From sequence record PQ724392.1: a stretch of DNA of 64,000 bases; one strand, 5' to 3'. Made by a program: the position numbers and the translations under genes. Positions within the stretch are counted from its first letter, which is position 1, and the number at the start of each line of letters is the position of its first letter. Under the pieces are notes generated by a model. The model had not been told where the DNA came from. It saw only the letters and a program-made list of their open reading frames with translations, and searched no databases. Positions 23,146 through 32,562 of this stretch are shown piece after piece. This DNA comes from a phage.

Positions 23146-24426
23146 ATGGCAAAGATTAACAAATTACTGCGCGAGTCAACTATTACTACCAGCAACTCCT
23201 TGGGCCGCCCGAATCTTGTTGCTTTGACCCGCGCTACGACTAAATTGATTTACCGCGATATCATCGCTGAACAACGTACTAACCAGCCTGTTGCTGCACT
23301 GTATGGTGTTAAATATCTTACTCCTGATAACGAATTCAGTTTCCAGACGGGCGCTACTTATGGAGGTGAAGTCGGTTCTAAAGACCGTACAACTATTCCA
23401 GAGTTAGCTACAGCCACTCAACCTGTGGCTAAAGGCGAATATGTAAAATACCAAAATATCGTTTATAAAGCTCTGGTTGATAATCCATTTGCATCGACCA
23501 CAGAAACAGTGTTATCTGATGTTCTGCAAGAAGGTCTTATTGCATCGACTATTCGTTTAGTTCCTGATGCGGCACACACCGAGAAATTCGAAGCTGGTGA
23601 TGTTGAAATTAGCAATGCTGTATTCCAGGTTAACAAATGGAATGCCCCGGTTAAAACACGTAAATTGAAAACTGCATTAACTGTTGAACTTGCTCAGGAT
23701 ATGGAAGCAAATGGTTTTAACGCTCCTGCATTCTTGGAAGACCTGCTTGCCACTATTATGGCAGATGAAATTAACAAAGATGTTCTTCAGTCTCTTATTA
23801 CCGTTTCCAAGCGTTATAAAGTAACTGGCGTTTCTGACAATGGCACCATCGATTTAACATACGATGCAGCCCCAGAAGGTGCACGTAAACTGTACGAACT
23901 GGTTTGCGAAATGAACTCCGAAATTCAGAAAACTACATCTTATTCCGGTACCTTTGTTGTTGCCTCTAGCCGTGTTGCTGCTATGTTGGCCGGTTCTGGT
24001 TGGTTGAAACACAGGCCAGAAGATGAGCAATGGCTCCCCGAAACAGCGTACGGTTATTTGATTAATGGCCTCCCTGTATTCTGTGATGTTAACAGTCCAT
24101 TGGATTATGTAACTGTTGGTGTTAAAGAAAATTACGGCGGAAACGAAGTCGTAGGCTCAATTTTCTATGCTCCTTATACCGAAGGCCTGGACTTGGATGA
24201 TGAAGAGCACGTTGGTGCGTTTAAGGTCATTGTGGACCCAGACAGCTTGCAGCCATCTATCTCTCTGATGGTTCGTTACGCACTTTCAGCTAACCCGTAC
24301 ACCGTTGCTAAAGACGATAAAGAAGCTCGTATTATCGATGCAACCAATATGGATTTAATGGCCGGTCAGAGCAATATGTCTTATCTGCTCGGTGTTAAAC
24401 TTCCGCCAATCATTTATGAGGCGTAA
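23146..24426 (+). CDS. 24: Head vertex protein gp24 (copy 1)
   Basis: 426 aa (T4 427 aa); late promoter at 23112-23119; AAGGAAA Shine-Dalgarno. Confidence 0.85.
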   Translation: MAKINKLLRESTITTSNSLGRPNLVALTRATTKLIYRDIIAEQRTNQPVAALYGVKYLTPDNEFSFQTGATYGGEVGSKDRTTIPELATATQPVAKGEYVKYQNIVYKALVDNPFASTTETVLSDVLQEGLIASTIRLVPDAAHTEKFEAGDVEISNAVFQVNKWNAPVKTRKLKTALTVELAQDMEANGFNAPAFLEDLLATIMADEINKDVLQSLITVSKRYKVTGVSDNGTIDLTYDAAPEGARKLYELVCEMNSEIQKTTSYSGTFVVASSRVAAMLAGSGWLKHRPEDEQWLPETAYGYLINGLPVFCDVNSPLDYVTVGVKENYGGNEVVGSIFYAPYTEGLDLDDEEHVGAFKVIVDPDSLQPSISLMVRYALSANPYTVAKDDKEARIIDATNMDLMAGQSNMSYLLGVKLPPIIYEA

Positions 24427-25710
24427 ATGCAAAAGATTAATGCACTAATTCACGAATCAACATTAACGGCGGCCAACCAGGTCGCCCGTCCTAATTTGCT
24501 TTCTTATACTCAGGCTACGAATAAACGAATTTTTAAAGCACTCGTGGCCGAACAGAAAACTACCCAGCCTGTTGCAGCCCTGTATGGTGTTCGTGTTCTG
24601 AACCCAGATGATAAAATGACTTATCTCGGTGGAGCAACATTTGCAGGTCAGATTGGTATGTTCGAGCGTAAGAATATTCCAGAATTTACAAACAAAGACG
24701 AAGCTTATGCAGTCGGCGATATGTTCCAGTTTGAAAGTGTTGTGTTCAAAGTTTTGGAAGCATCCCCATTCGCCGGTACACTCGAAACTGATTTAGGTGA
24801 AGTTATTTCTGAAGCCATTGCTGCTGGGCATATAAGAATGATGTCAGATGCTGCTTTCACTGATAAATTTGAAAAGGGGCATCCTGAAATTGCTGAAGCT
24901 GGTTTTCGTATCGATAAATGGCAGACTGAAGTTAAATCCAGAAAGTTGAAAACTTCTTTAACTGTCGAGCTTGCCCAGGACCTGGAAGCAAACGGTTTTG
25001 ATGCAACAGACTTCATCGATAATATTCTCGGCATTCAAATGGCAGAGGAAATTAATAAGGATGTACTGCAATCTCTTATTACTGTTAGTTCCCGTTTCAA
25101 GGTGCAAGGTGTTTCTGAAAAAGGTGTATTGAATCTTACTGACCCGAAATATGATAACGCACAGGACCGCGCACGAACCCTGTATTATTATATGTGTGAA
25201 ATGAATTCTGCAGTTCAACGTCAGACTTCGTTTGCTGGTACATATGCAGTTGCTTCTTCCCGTTGTGCAGCTATTTTAGCCGCTTCTGGCTGGGTTGAGA
25301 AAAAGGAAGACCAGGATGAATTGGCCTATGGTGTTCTGAAGAACGGTTTGCCTCTTTACGCTGATATGAATAGTCCATGTGATTATGTTATTGTTGGTGT
25401 AAATGCAGATATGGGTGAAGGTCAGACGGTCGCATCTTTATATTATGCGCCTTATACGGAAGGACTTAGCGAAGTTGATGATGAGGGTGATACCTCGGTT
25501 GGGGAATTCAAGGTTATTGTTGACCCTGAAAGCTTACAGCCTACGGTTGCACTGTTAGCTCGTTATGCTTTGACTGCAAACCCTTACACCGTTGCTAAAG
25601 ATGATAAAGAAGCTCGCCTTATTGATGGAGCTGATATGGATAAGATGGCCAACCAAAGCCAATTGAGTTCTTATCTTGGCGTTAAACTTCCACCGCTGGA
25701 AAAAGAATAA
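24427..25710 (+). CDS. Head vertex protein gp24 paralog (copy 2)
   Basis: 427 aa; roughly 50% identical to the preceding gp24 along its length (e.g. shared QPVAALYGV, ARPNL, YAPYTEGL, ANPYTVAKDDKEAR motifs); starts 1 nt after the copy-1 stop. Confidence 0.8.
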   Translation: MQKINALIHESTLTAANQVARPNLLSYTQATNKRIFKALVAEQKTTQPVAALYGVRVLNPDDKMTYLGGATFAGQIGMFERKNIPEFTNKDEAYAVGDMFQFESVVFKVLEASPFAGTLETDLGEVISEAIAAGHIRMMSDAAFTDKFEKGHPEIAEAGFRIDKWQTEVKSRKLKTSLTVELAQDLEANGFDATDFIDNILGIQMAEEINKDVLQSLITVSSRFKVQGVSEKGVLNLTDPKYDNAQDRARTLYYYMCEMNSAVQRQTSFAGTYAVASSRCAAILAASGWVEKKEDQDELAYGVLKNGLPLYADMNSPCDYVIVGVNADMGEGQTVASLYYAPYTEGLSEVDDEGDTSVGEFKVIVDPESLQPTVALLARYALTANPYTVAKDDKEARLIDGADMDKMANQSQLSSYLGVKLPPLEKE

Positions 25711-25730
25711 GGGCCTTGCGGCCCTTTTTT
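25711..25730. terminator. Bidirectional terminator between the gp24 paralog and convergent rnlB
   Basis: GGGCCTTGCGGCCC hairpin followed by TTTTTT; an A-run on the other side overlaps the rnlB stop. Confidence 0.7.
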
Positions 25731-26736
25731 ATTCACTAATTAATGCAATCCATACATGTCTTAATGTTTCTTTTACATTTGCGATAAGTTGCTTTTTAAC
25801 TTCAACAGGATTTTCTGTCTGGGTTAATTCAAGTCCTTCACGACCCGCTTCTTCCAGGATATCCTGGACAGTCAAACCCATTACCTTTCCAAAATCCTTA
25901 GGTGTTACTTCCCCAATCTTACTGATAACATTATTGATACGGTTGACAGTCACATAATCAGTAAACTTCCATAAAACATCCAGGTCTTCCTGTGACAACA
26001 CAACTGCAGCTTTAATAGGCTTATCAGACTTTTTCTTTTCACTGAATTTAGAGTTCTTGCATTTAATCGCTACGCGCTCGCCGTTATATAACCAGGCAGG
26101 AACATCAGGTTTTAATACAAATCCTTCAGCAGTGAATACTTTACCTTCCACCTTTGCATCAAAATCAGTGGTATTTGCTGTAGTCAATCCTGCGTTATCC
26201 ACTGTAAAATTGTAATCAGGGACCACAGAATCCAGGTCATTAGGGAGCTTAATCAAGTCTTCAAAACTACCTGTGGCCAGGCGTGGAGCAACTTTAAACT
26301 TATGAATAATACAAAAGGCTTCCATAAGTGTGTCAGTCAGGACGGATTCAGAGCCATCTTCCTTAGTAACGCGGATATCAAACACATAGAAATCTTTATC
26401 GCCGTAATCCACATTCTTCTGAATACCTGTACCAGCAAACTCACCATAAATCTGGTAAGCCTGGTAATTAATATCCTGTAAAAGTTTCTGCACAGATTTA
26501 ATAGAATCTGCGTAGTTCTTTAATACAATTTCATAACCATAGAAATCTTCTGCAGGTAAGATAGGTCCAGTGCGTTTCGCGCATGTCACATTGTCTTGTT
26601 CAATAATTAATGAAAAATTGGTACCATGAATCTTTTCACGCGCTACCCATTCACCGCTGGTGAAGCCTTGCAGGCGAATCTTTTCAATGAACTTGTTGTT
26701 ATAGTGATTTTCAAGGCTGTTGTATTTCTTAAACAT
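25729..26736 (-). CDS. rnlB: RNA ligase 2
   Basis: 335 aa; near-collinear match to T4 Rnl2 (MFKKY.SLENHYN.KFIEK...[12 protein letters not shown]...KRTGPI). Confidence 0.9.
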   Translation of the reverse strand: MFKKYNSLENHYNNKFIEKIRLQGFTSGEWVAREKIHGTNFSLIIEQDNVTCAKRTGPILPAEDFYGYEIVLKNYADSIKSVQKLLQDINYQAYQIYGEFAGTGIQKNVDYGDKDFYVFDIRVTKEDGSESVLTDTLMEAFCIIHKFKVAPRLATGSFEDLIKLPNDLDSVVPDYNFTVDNAGLTTANTTDFDAKVEGKVFTAEGFVLKPDVPAWLYNGERVAIKCKNSKFSEKKKSDKPIKAAVVLSQEDLDVLWKFTDYVTVNRINNVISKIGEVTPKDFGKVMGLTVQDILEEAGREGLELTQTENPVEVKKQLIANVKETLRHVWIALISE

Positions 26737-26833
26737 AATCTCTCACTTTTGATGTTATAAATATCATTATAAATTAGACCCACTATACTTTCTTTCTCTG
26801 AAAGGAATTAATAGTTGCAAAGGGTCTAGAACC

Positions 26834-26859
26834 ATTATACCGCATTTTTATTTGAAGCA
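26834..26859 (-). promoter_or_regulatory. MotA-type middle promoter upstream of rnlB
   Basis: On the - strand: TTTGCTTCA, 13 nt, TATAAT, then GGTTCTAGACCC, the same downstream block as the uvsY promoter. Confidence 0.5.
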
Positions 26860-26866
26860 AAAAGGG

Positions 26867-27130
26867 TCAGAATTTTACATACAGCATTGGCTTGGATTCT
26901 TGCCAATCATAATTCCAGGTAAAAGATGTAAATTTTTCTGCTCGCAGAAATTCAGATATCTTTGCGCGGTTTCCTTCTTCATACTCTTTTTCAGAAACTG
27001 CCATATTAACAGCATCTTTGCCGTTCTCGGCGGCGGCAATAGCCACTTTGCGAAATATAGAAATAAAGTCATTTGCAACTTTATCTTGTGACTCTTTGGC
27101 TATTTGACGTAGTTCTTCTGCGAATGTCAT
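26867..27130 (-). CDS. Hypothetical protein (87 aa)
   Basis: ORF in the rnlB-hoc interval, coupled to the upstream ORF (ATGA overlap). Confidence 0.4.
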   Translation of the reverse strand: MTFAEELRQIAKESQDKVANDFISIFRKVAIAAAENGKDAVNMAVSEKEYEEGNRAKISEFLRAEKFTSFTWNYDWQESKPMLYVKF

Positions 27131-27330
27131 TTCTTCACCTTTTTGTTATTCAAACGTTTACGATAAACAATCTTTTCTTTCGCTTTAAATTTAGCTTTGG
27201 CTTGTTCTACATCAACCCAGGCCTTTGCCATCTCTTTAGCAGTCCCGCCTAATACCTTGGCGATTTCAATAAATGTCATGCCAGATTCATGCAGAAAATG
27301 TACTTTAACCTTATCCATAATGATTCTCAT
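27127..27330 (-). CDS. Small basic protein (67 aa) with a putative helix-turn-helix
   Basis: Helix-turn-helix-like segment (MTFIEIAKVLGGTAKEMAKAW) followed by a K/R-rich tail. Confidence 0.4.
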   Translation of the reverse strand: MRIIMDKVKVHFLHESGMTFIEIAKVLGGTAKEMAKAWVDVEQAKAKFKAKEKIVYRKRLNNKKVKK

Positions 27331-27474
27331 GTTGAGTTAGTGAAGCTATCTTAACATGGAATTTTTAACTTGTAAACATGATTTTTATGCCAGATGGACC
27401 AATTGTATGGTATGGCCACAAAGACTTACCGGAGAAGGGGCCAGGCAACGTTTGCTCAGTACCATAAAAATAAA

Positions 27475-27495
27475 GGGACCCGAAGGTCCCTTTTT
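27475..27495. terminator. Terminator downstream of hoc
   Basis: GGGACCCGAAGGTCCC hairpin with a T-run on the + side and A-rich flank on the other. Confidence 0.6.
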
Positions 27496-27497
27496 AA

Positions 27498-28631
27498 TTA
27501 ATAAACGTAATCGTATATAATACCAGTTTCTAAAGCGGTGCGATGAATAACTCGACCATTACGAGATTCTTGTACATCAACCTCTGGATAGTCGGTAATC
27601 ATTTTTTGAAGTGTGTATCGGTGCAAATAATACGGGCTATCTGGGTCATCAGTTTTCCAGTCTTGCCCAGCAAGAGTCATTTTCTGAATTTCATCCATAA
27701 CCCACCAACCACACCAGATATAAGCTGAATTACGTACTGGCAATGGGTGAATATATGGTAATTCGCCATCTGGAACTGGTGCGACTTTAGCCGTGACTGT
27801 TACATTACCAGTTTTGGTAACGGTTACAGGGTTATAATCTGTAGCAGATACAACAACAGAAACTTCAATTAACTGGGAACCTTCGGCGCTTGTATCGATT
27901 GCCAAAGTATCCGTGGTGCCAACTACAGGAGAACCGTCTTTCTTCCAAGAATAGGCAAAAGTAGCACCAGCAGGCGCACCGGCTACAGTAGCTTTAAAAG
28001 AAGCCGGAGTTCCTTCAGGAACATTAATAGAGGTCGGTGCTAAAGTAACAGAAACACCCGACATAGTTTTCTTAACAAAAGTTACCGCAGCTCCTTTAGA
28101 TGCGGTGCCATTATTATAATCGGGTGCAGAAACAGTAACTTCACAGTTCAATGTATAATTTGCTTCTGCTGATTCGGTGACGGTAATAGTTTTATCAGTT
28201 TGACCTGCGATTACGCTAGTGTTACGTTTCCAAACGTAAGCGATTGTTGCACCAGAAGGAGCGCCTGTCACGTTAGCAGTAACAACTTGAGATTGCCCCA
28301 CTTCTTTAGTAACAGAGGCAGGGTCTAAAGTCAATGTAATAGCAGGCATTGTTTTATTCTGGATAGTTAAAGTTGTTTCGGCTTCAGCTGTTTCTGGTTC
28401 GCCGTCCGCTGGTGTAGTTGTTGCAACAACTTTAATAGTCTTACTGCCTGCTGGACCAACAGCAACATAATCCATTGCAGCAGTCACAGAAGATTGAGGA
28501 ACGCCATCAACGGTCCAGACAAATGATTCGGTACCTTCAACTGCAGCACCGGAACCGGTCGCAGTGAAATTGGTTGTTGCTCCAATAACGGCCGTAGCCG
28601 CCAAAGGAGCAATAGCTACGGTATAAGCCAT
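27498..28631 (-). CDS. hoc: Highly immunogenic outer capsid protein Hoc (Ig-like repeats)
   Basis: 377 aa (T4 376 aa); internally repeated Ig-like modules (e.g. V(T/A)GAPxGAT(I/F)AY.WK); position between rnlB and inh. Confidence 0.7.
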   Translation of the reverse strand: MAYTVAIAPLAATAVIGATTNFTATGSGAAVEGTESFVWTVDGVPQSSVTAAMDYVAVGPAGSKTIKVVATTTPADGEPETAEAETTLTIQNKTMPAITLTLDPASVTKEVGQSQVVTANVTGAPSGATIAYVWKRNTSVIAGQTDKTITVTESAEANYTLNCEVTVSAPDYNNGTASKGAAVTFVKKTMSGVSVTLAPTSINVPEGTPASFKATVAGAPAGATFAYSWKKDGSPVVGTTDTLAIDTSAEGSQLIEVSVVVSATDYNPVTVTKTGNVTVTAKVAPVPDGELPYIHPLPVRNSAYIWCGWWVMDEIQKMTLAGQDWKTDDPDSPYYLHRYTLQKMITDYPEVDVQESRNGRVIHRTALETGIIYDYVY

Positions 28632-28640
28632 AATAAACCC

Positions 28641-29306
28641 TTATTTTAAAGTGACAAAAGATGAGTTACGAGTTTCTCGTACTAGAACAGACCCATTACG
28701 ATTGATGTAATAAATCAAACTGAATAGGGTTTGATGCGCGGTGGGATGTGGGAAAGCAGTTGGACGTTCTTTCCAATCCGGAGTCTCGGCAATCCACTGA
28801 TAAATCCACCATGGAACAGTACAGAATCCAGGGTTCTTGCCAATAAGCATAAGATTTGGACTAAAGTTTTTTGGTAGAGCAAATACAGGTTTTTCAGATT
28901 CGATAACCTTAGCAACAGCTGCTTCGAACTTTTCTTCGATAAAAGGAACATCTTCTTCGACCAAAACAACTGGTTCTTCGATTTCAACAACTTCAACCTT
29001 TGCTTCGGTTGGAGCATCAAATAAGAGTTTAGCTTCTTCTTTAGCTGACTCATCGCCATCAAATTTAGCACCTGACAATTCATCGTCGGCATCGATAAGG
29101 TCAGTGATGCTCAGGCCTTCATTATCATCAGGCATAGGCATGTCAGCAAATGCTTTAAGTCCTGCTTCCAGGTCAGCCAACATATTATCAAAGGTTTTTG
29201 TTTTCTTAACATCAACGCCAAGTGATGCTGCGTATTCGGCTAATTTTTCTTTGGCTTCTTTTTTCTCGAGGACACGAATTTCCTCAATGTAGTTCTTGTC
29301 AATCAT
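28641..29306 (-). CDS. inh: Inhibitor of prohead protease (Inh)
   Basis: 221 aa (T4 226 aa); position between hoc and uvsW; acidic central region. Confidence 0.6.
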   Translation of the reverse strand: MIDKNYIEEIRVLEKKEAKEKLAEYAASLGVDVKKTKTFDNMLADLEAGLKAFADMPMPDDNEGLSITDLIDADDELSGAKFDGDESAKEEAKLLFDAPTEAKVEVVEIEEPVVLVEEDVPFIEEKFEAAVAKVIESEKPVFALPKNFSPNLMLIGKNPGFCTVPWWIYQWIAETPDWKERPTAFPHPTAHQTLFSLIYYINRNGSVLVRETRNSSFVTLK

Positions 29307-29324
29307 GATGAACCTCGGTTAGTG

Positions 29325-29332
29325 TATAAATA
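29325..29332 (+). promoter_or_regulatory. T4-type late promoter for uvsW
   Basis: Exact TATAAATA 29 nt upstream of the uvsW ATG at 29361. Confidence 0.6.
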
Positions 29333-29360
29333 TAGATATATTTATTACCTTGGAATCATC

Positions 29361-30860
29361 ATGGATATTAAAATCAACTTTCTAAATTTTAGTCACGTGC
29401 ATGTTGAATGTGAAGATGGAATCTTCTACGAACTCCGTGATTACTTCAGCTTCGAAGCTGAAAACTATCGCTTCAATCCAAAATTCAAGCAGGGAGTTTG
29501 GGACGGACGAATCCGCCTCCTGGATTACAATCGTAAATTACCATACGGTTTGGTTAATCAAATTAAAAAGTTCGCTGACCAGTTTGGCTATTCATTCTGG
29601 ATTGACCCACAAATCACAGAGAAAGAAGAAATCTCTCGCGAAGAATTCGACAAATGGGTCGAGTCAAAAGAAATCTATTCAGGCAATACTAAGATAACGC
29701 CCCATTGGTATCAATCTGACGCCGTATATGATGGTCTGGTCAACAGAAGAAAGATTCTGAACTTACCTACGTCTGCAGGTAAAAGTCTCATCCAGGCGCT
29801 TCTGGCGCGATATTATCTCGAGAACTATGAAGGCAAGGTGCTTATCCTTGTTCCTACAACCGCGCTTGTTGACCAGATGATTAATGACTTTGTTGATTAT
29901 CGTCTGTTCCCTCGTGAAGCTTGTCTGGGTATTCGTTCCGGGACTAAACGTGATTCTGATGCGATGATTTATGTATCGACTTATCAGACGGCTGTAAAAC
30001 AACCTAAAGAATGGTTTGAACAGTTTGGCCAGTTTATGAATGACGAATGTCACATGGCTACAGGTAAATCAATTTCGACGGTTATCGAAGGCCTTACGAA
30101 TTGCATGTTTAAATTTGGTTTGTCAGGCTCACTCCGTGACGGCAAAGCCAACCTTATGCAATATATGGGTCTGTTTGGTGATATCTTTAAACCGGTATCA
30201 ACATCTAAATTGATGGAAGATGGTCAGGTCACTGACCTTAAAATAAATAGTATTTTCCTTCGTTACCCTGATGAATTTACCGTTAAAATGAAAGGTAAAA
30301 CTTATCAGGATGAAATTAAGGTAATTACAAAAGCTACACGCCGAAATAAATGGGTAACAAATCTTGCTCTCAAGCTTGCTAAAAAAGATGAAAACGTCTT
30401 TTTGATGTTTAAGAATATCGAGCACGGTAAATCGATGTTTGAAATGCTTAAGGAAGCTGGTCATGAGAAAGTGTATTATGTTTCCGGGGAAGTTGATACC
30501 GAAACTCGTAATGCATTAAAGGTCATGGCAGAGAATGGAAAAGGAATTATTGTTGTAGCTTCATACGGTGTATTCTCGACGGGTATTTCCGTTAAAAACC
30601 TCCATCATATTATTTTCGCTCACCCGGTCAAATCAAAGGTAATTGTACTCCAGACAATTGGCCGCGTGCTTCGAAAACATGAATCCAAATCGACCGCAAA
30701 CGTGTGGGACATCGTGGATGATATGGGGGTCAAACCCAAATCAGCAAACGCTAAAAAGAAATATGTTCATATTAACTTTGCGCTTAAACATGCACTAGAA
30801 CGTATTCAACGGTATGCAGACGAAAAATTCAATTATGTAATTAAACAGGTGGAAATATAA
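29361..30860 (+). CDS. uvsW: UvsW DNA helicase (SF2, recombination/repair)
   Basis: Near-collinear match to T4 UvsW (MDIK..F..FSHV...E...F.ELRD.FSFEA..YRFNP...G.WDGRIRLLDYNR); the track ORF begins at GTG 29322, so the start is moved to the ATG at 29361; late promoter at 29325-29332. Confidence 0.9.
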   Translation: MDIKINFLNFSHVHVECEDGIFYELRDYFSFEAENYRFNPKFKQGVWDGRIRLLDYNRKLPYGLVNQIKKFADQFGYSFWIDPQITEKEEISREEFDKWVESKEIYSGNTKITPHWYQSDAVYDGLVNRRKILNLPTSAGKSLIQALLARYYLENYEGKVLILVPTTALVDQMINDFVDYRLFPREACLGIRSGTKRDSDAMIYVSTYQTAVKQPKEWFEQFGQFMNDECHMATGKSISTVIEGLTNCMFKFGLSGSLRDGKANLMQYMGLFGDIFKPVSTSKLMEDGQVTDLKINSIFLRYPDEFTVKMKGKTYQDEIKVITKATRRNKWVTNLALKLAKKDENVFLMFKNIEHGKSMFEMLKEAGHEKVYYVSGEVDTETRNALKVMAENGKGIIVVASYGVFSTGISVKNLHHIIFAHPVKSKVIVLQTIGRVLRKHESKSTANVWDIVDDMGVKPKSANAKKKYVHINFALKHALERIQRYADEKFNYVIKQVEI

Positions 30861-31087
30861 TGAAATCCTTTGAAGAAATTATGTACGAAGCATCAATTGA
30901 AGGCTTTATGGCTAAGATTGGTTCCTGCCAGACCATAGACGGTCTGAAGGAGTTGGAAAGCTATTATAAAAAACGCAGTAAAGAAGCTGAACTAAAAGAT
31001 TCCGATGATATCAGTGTTCGTGATGCTCTTGCCGGTAAACGCGCCGAGCTTGAGGATATGGACGATGATGAAGACGAAGATTTCTAA
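30860..31087 (+). CDS. uvsW.1: UvsW.1-like small protein with acidic C-terminal tail
   Basis: 75 aa, TAATG-coupled to uvsW; size and position match T4 UvsW.1; C-terminus DMDDDEDEDF. Confidence 0.65.
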   Translation: MKSFEEIMYEASIEGFMAKIGSCQTIDGLKELESYYKKRSKEAELKDSDDISVRDALAGKRAELEDMDDDEDEDF

Positions 31088-31094
31088 ATAAAAA

Positions 31095-31117
31095 GGCCCC
31101 AACCAAAAGGAAGGGGC
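31095..31117 (-). terminator. Terminator of the leftward uvsY operon, after uvsY.-2
   Basis: GCCCC...GGGGC stem; on the - strand it is followed by CTTTTTATTT. Confidence 0.5.
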
Positions 31118-31144
31118 AAAACCAAAAATGGTTAACAACACTAG

Positions 31145-31312
31145 CTAAATTAAAAGTTGGGTCTCGTTCAGTTGCTCTTCTGTATTTTCCGTAACTGGCA
31201 AACTCTGAACATAATTATAACAGGCGCCCGGATGCACCGGACCTTGGTCTGTATCCACAACCAATGCAGAATCGATTGGAGTTTTACAGACAACACAAAT
31301 CTTATCTGACAT
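31145..31312 (-). CDS. uvsY.-2: UvsY.-2-like small Cys-rich protein (55 aa), not in the ORF track because it is under 60 aa
   Basis: Manual translation gives MSDKICVVCKTPIDSALVVDTDQGPVHPGACYNYVQSLPVTENTEEQLNETQLLI; GAGGAGA Shine-Dalgarno; terminator downstream; matches the T4 UvsY.-2 pattern as recalled. Confidence 0.6.
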   Translation of the reverse strand: MSDKICVVCKTPIDSALVVDTDQGPVHPGACYNYVQSLPVTENTEEQLNETQLLI

Positions 31313-31451
31313 GATTGTCTCCTCAGTTAAACTTACATATCTATTTAGTGCTCTTCATAATAGCAGCACGAGCTTTCATCTCATTAACAATTTCAGTTAT
31401 TCGGTTTGCAGAGATAACCATCTCGTCGAGAATCTTACTAATATTTTTCAT

Positions 31452-31685
31452 TTAATTTTCCTTAAAGTATCTCATACCAGTATCTATCCCCATATTGTGA
31501 GAATAGAACGCATCATCGATGTATCCTGCAAATTTACCTTTAACATAGATAACATCTTCACCGCAGGGGTGGTCAGCGCAGATACGAATATCTGCACGAT
31601 TCAATTTCCATTCCTTCATCATATACTTAATTTCTTCTTCGAACTCTTCGTCTTGGTTAAACGCATCGTCGATAGAATATCGCAT
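31452..31685 (-). CDS. uvsY.-1: UvsY.-1-like protein (77 aa)
   Basis: Immediately downstream of uvsY with start/stop overlap; size and position match T4 uvsY.-1. Confidence 0.55.
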   Translation of the reverse strand: MRYSIDDAFNQDEEFEEEIKYMMKEWKLNRADIRICADHPCGEDVIYVKGKFAGYIDDAFYSHNMGIDTGMRYFKEN

Positions 31686-32119
31686 TATTTGCCTGCCTCG
31701 AATTGTCTTATTTCTAACATATGTTTAAGTGCGAAACTTCGCGACTTAACACCATCTAATGCAGCGCTACAGAAGTCCTGGAGTAGTGCCCAATACTGAA
31801 TTGAAGTATCAATCTTCAGTATGTTTGAATCTGCTGCCATGACTGTTTTCAATTCTGACTTCTCGTATACATCCATGCATACTTCTTCCCCAGGGTCACC
31901 TCTTCCCGTATAATGGTCTAGTCGTTTTTTCAGTGCAGTTTTCTTCTGAATCTCAAGACGCATTATTTCTTTCTTGCAGTTGGTATACAATCTCAACCAT
32001 TTGCTATGCAACAAAACGTTGTTTTGTGTTTCATATTGAAGTTGCGTACCATCAATTTTTAAATCTGCATCTAACTCATCCTGAAAGACTTCTAACTTAT
32101 ATTCAATCTCTGTTTTCAT
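31685..32119 (-). CDS. uvsY: UvsY recombination mediator protein
   Basis: C-terminal two-thirds collinear with T4 UvsY (...LQYE..NNV.L.SKWL......KKE.LR.E.QKK.ALK.RLD.Y.GRGD...); start moved to the internal ATG at 32119; MotA-type middle promoter upstream. Confidence 0.85.
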   Translation of the reverse strand: MKTEIEYKLEVFQDELDADLKIDGTQLQYETQNNVLLHSKWLRLYTNCKKEIMRLEIQKKTALKKRLDHYTGRGDPGEEVCMDVYEKSELKTVMAADSNILKIDTSIQYWALLQDFCSAALDGVKSRSFALKHMLEIRQFEAGK

Positions 32120-32147
32120 AATGTATCCAATGTAAGGGTCTAGAACC

Positions 32148-32172
32148 ATTATACAGCCATAAAATTAAAGCA
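32148..32172 (-). promoter_or_regulatory. MotA-dependent middle promoter for uvsY
   Basis: On the - strand: TAATGCTTTAA (MotA box TGCTTTA), 12 nt, TATAAT, then conserved GGTTCTAGACCC; about 30 nt upstream of the uvsY ATG. Confidence 0.6.
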
Positions 32173-32562
32173 TTAACCGTTTTGACTTAGCTGAATCCTG
32201 ATTTGTTCGAGGGTGTCAGGGTCATCAACAATGCTGAACTGAACCGTTACGATAATGGAGTTATCATCATACATAGGGACAACTGCAACCTGTAGATTGC
32301 TTATTCTTGGTTCGAAGTTCCGCACCGCGGAGACGATGTTGCGTTTAATGGTATCTGTAATTAACGGTGTGATATTCTCAAAAAGCTGATTACTTATATC
32401 ACATCCAAATTCAGGCATAAAAGGCCGTGACCCTTTTCTTGTGGTGATTATTCCCAGAAGACTGTTCTTAACAGACCTTGCACCAGTTACTTTAGCAACG
32501 TCTTTATCCCAACTTGTAGATAAGTCGGGAGATACATCGCTATACATTTTGTTTATATTCAT
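32173..32562 (-). CDS. 25: Baseplate wedge protein gp25
   Basis: 129 aa; collinear with T4 gp25 (..INK.YSD..P......W.KDV...LG.RS.KNSLLGIITTRKGSRPF.PEFGCD); TAAATG coupling with gp26. Confidence 0.85.
   Translation of the reverse strand: MNINKMYSDVSPDLSTSWDKDVAKVTGARSVKNSLLGIITTRKGSRPFMPEFGCDISNQLFENITPLITDTIKRNIVSAVRNFEPRISNLQVAVVPMYDDNSIIVTVQFSIVDDPDTLEQIRIQLSQNG

Noticed and set aside
22703-23146. Homing endonuclease (segD-like) between genes 23 and 24, as in T4
   Set aside because: The interval holds only a 93-aa ORF lacking GIY-YIG or HNH motifs, so no homing endonuclease is present here.
29322-29360. ORF-track starts upstream of the true start for uvsW (GTG 29322), gp26 (TTG 33219), alc-like (54198), gp19 (16780), fibritin (7940), NADAR-like (45106) and others
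   Set aside because: These extensions begin at TTG/GTG or at ATGs embedded in upstream genes or promoter -10 elements. Internal ATGs with Shine-Dalgarno sequences reproduce the T4 protein lengths, so the longer versions were not used.
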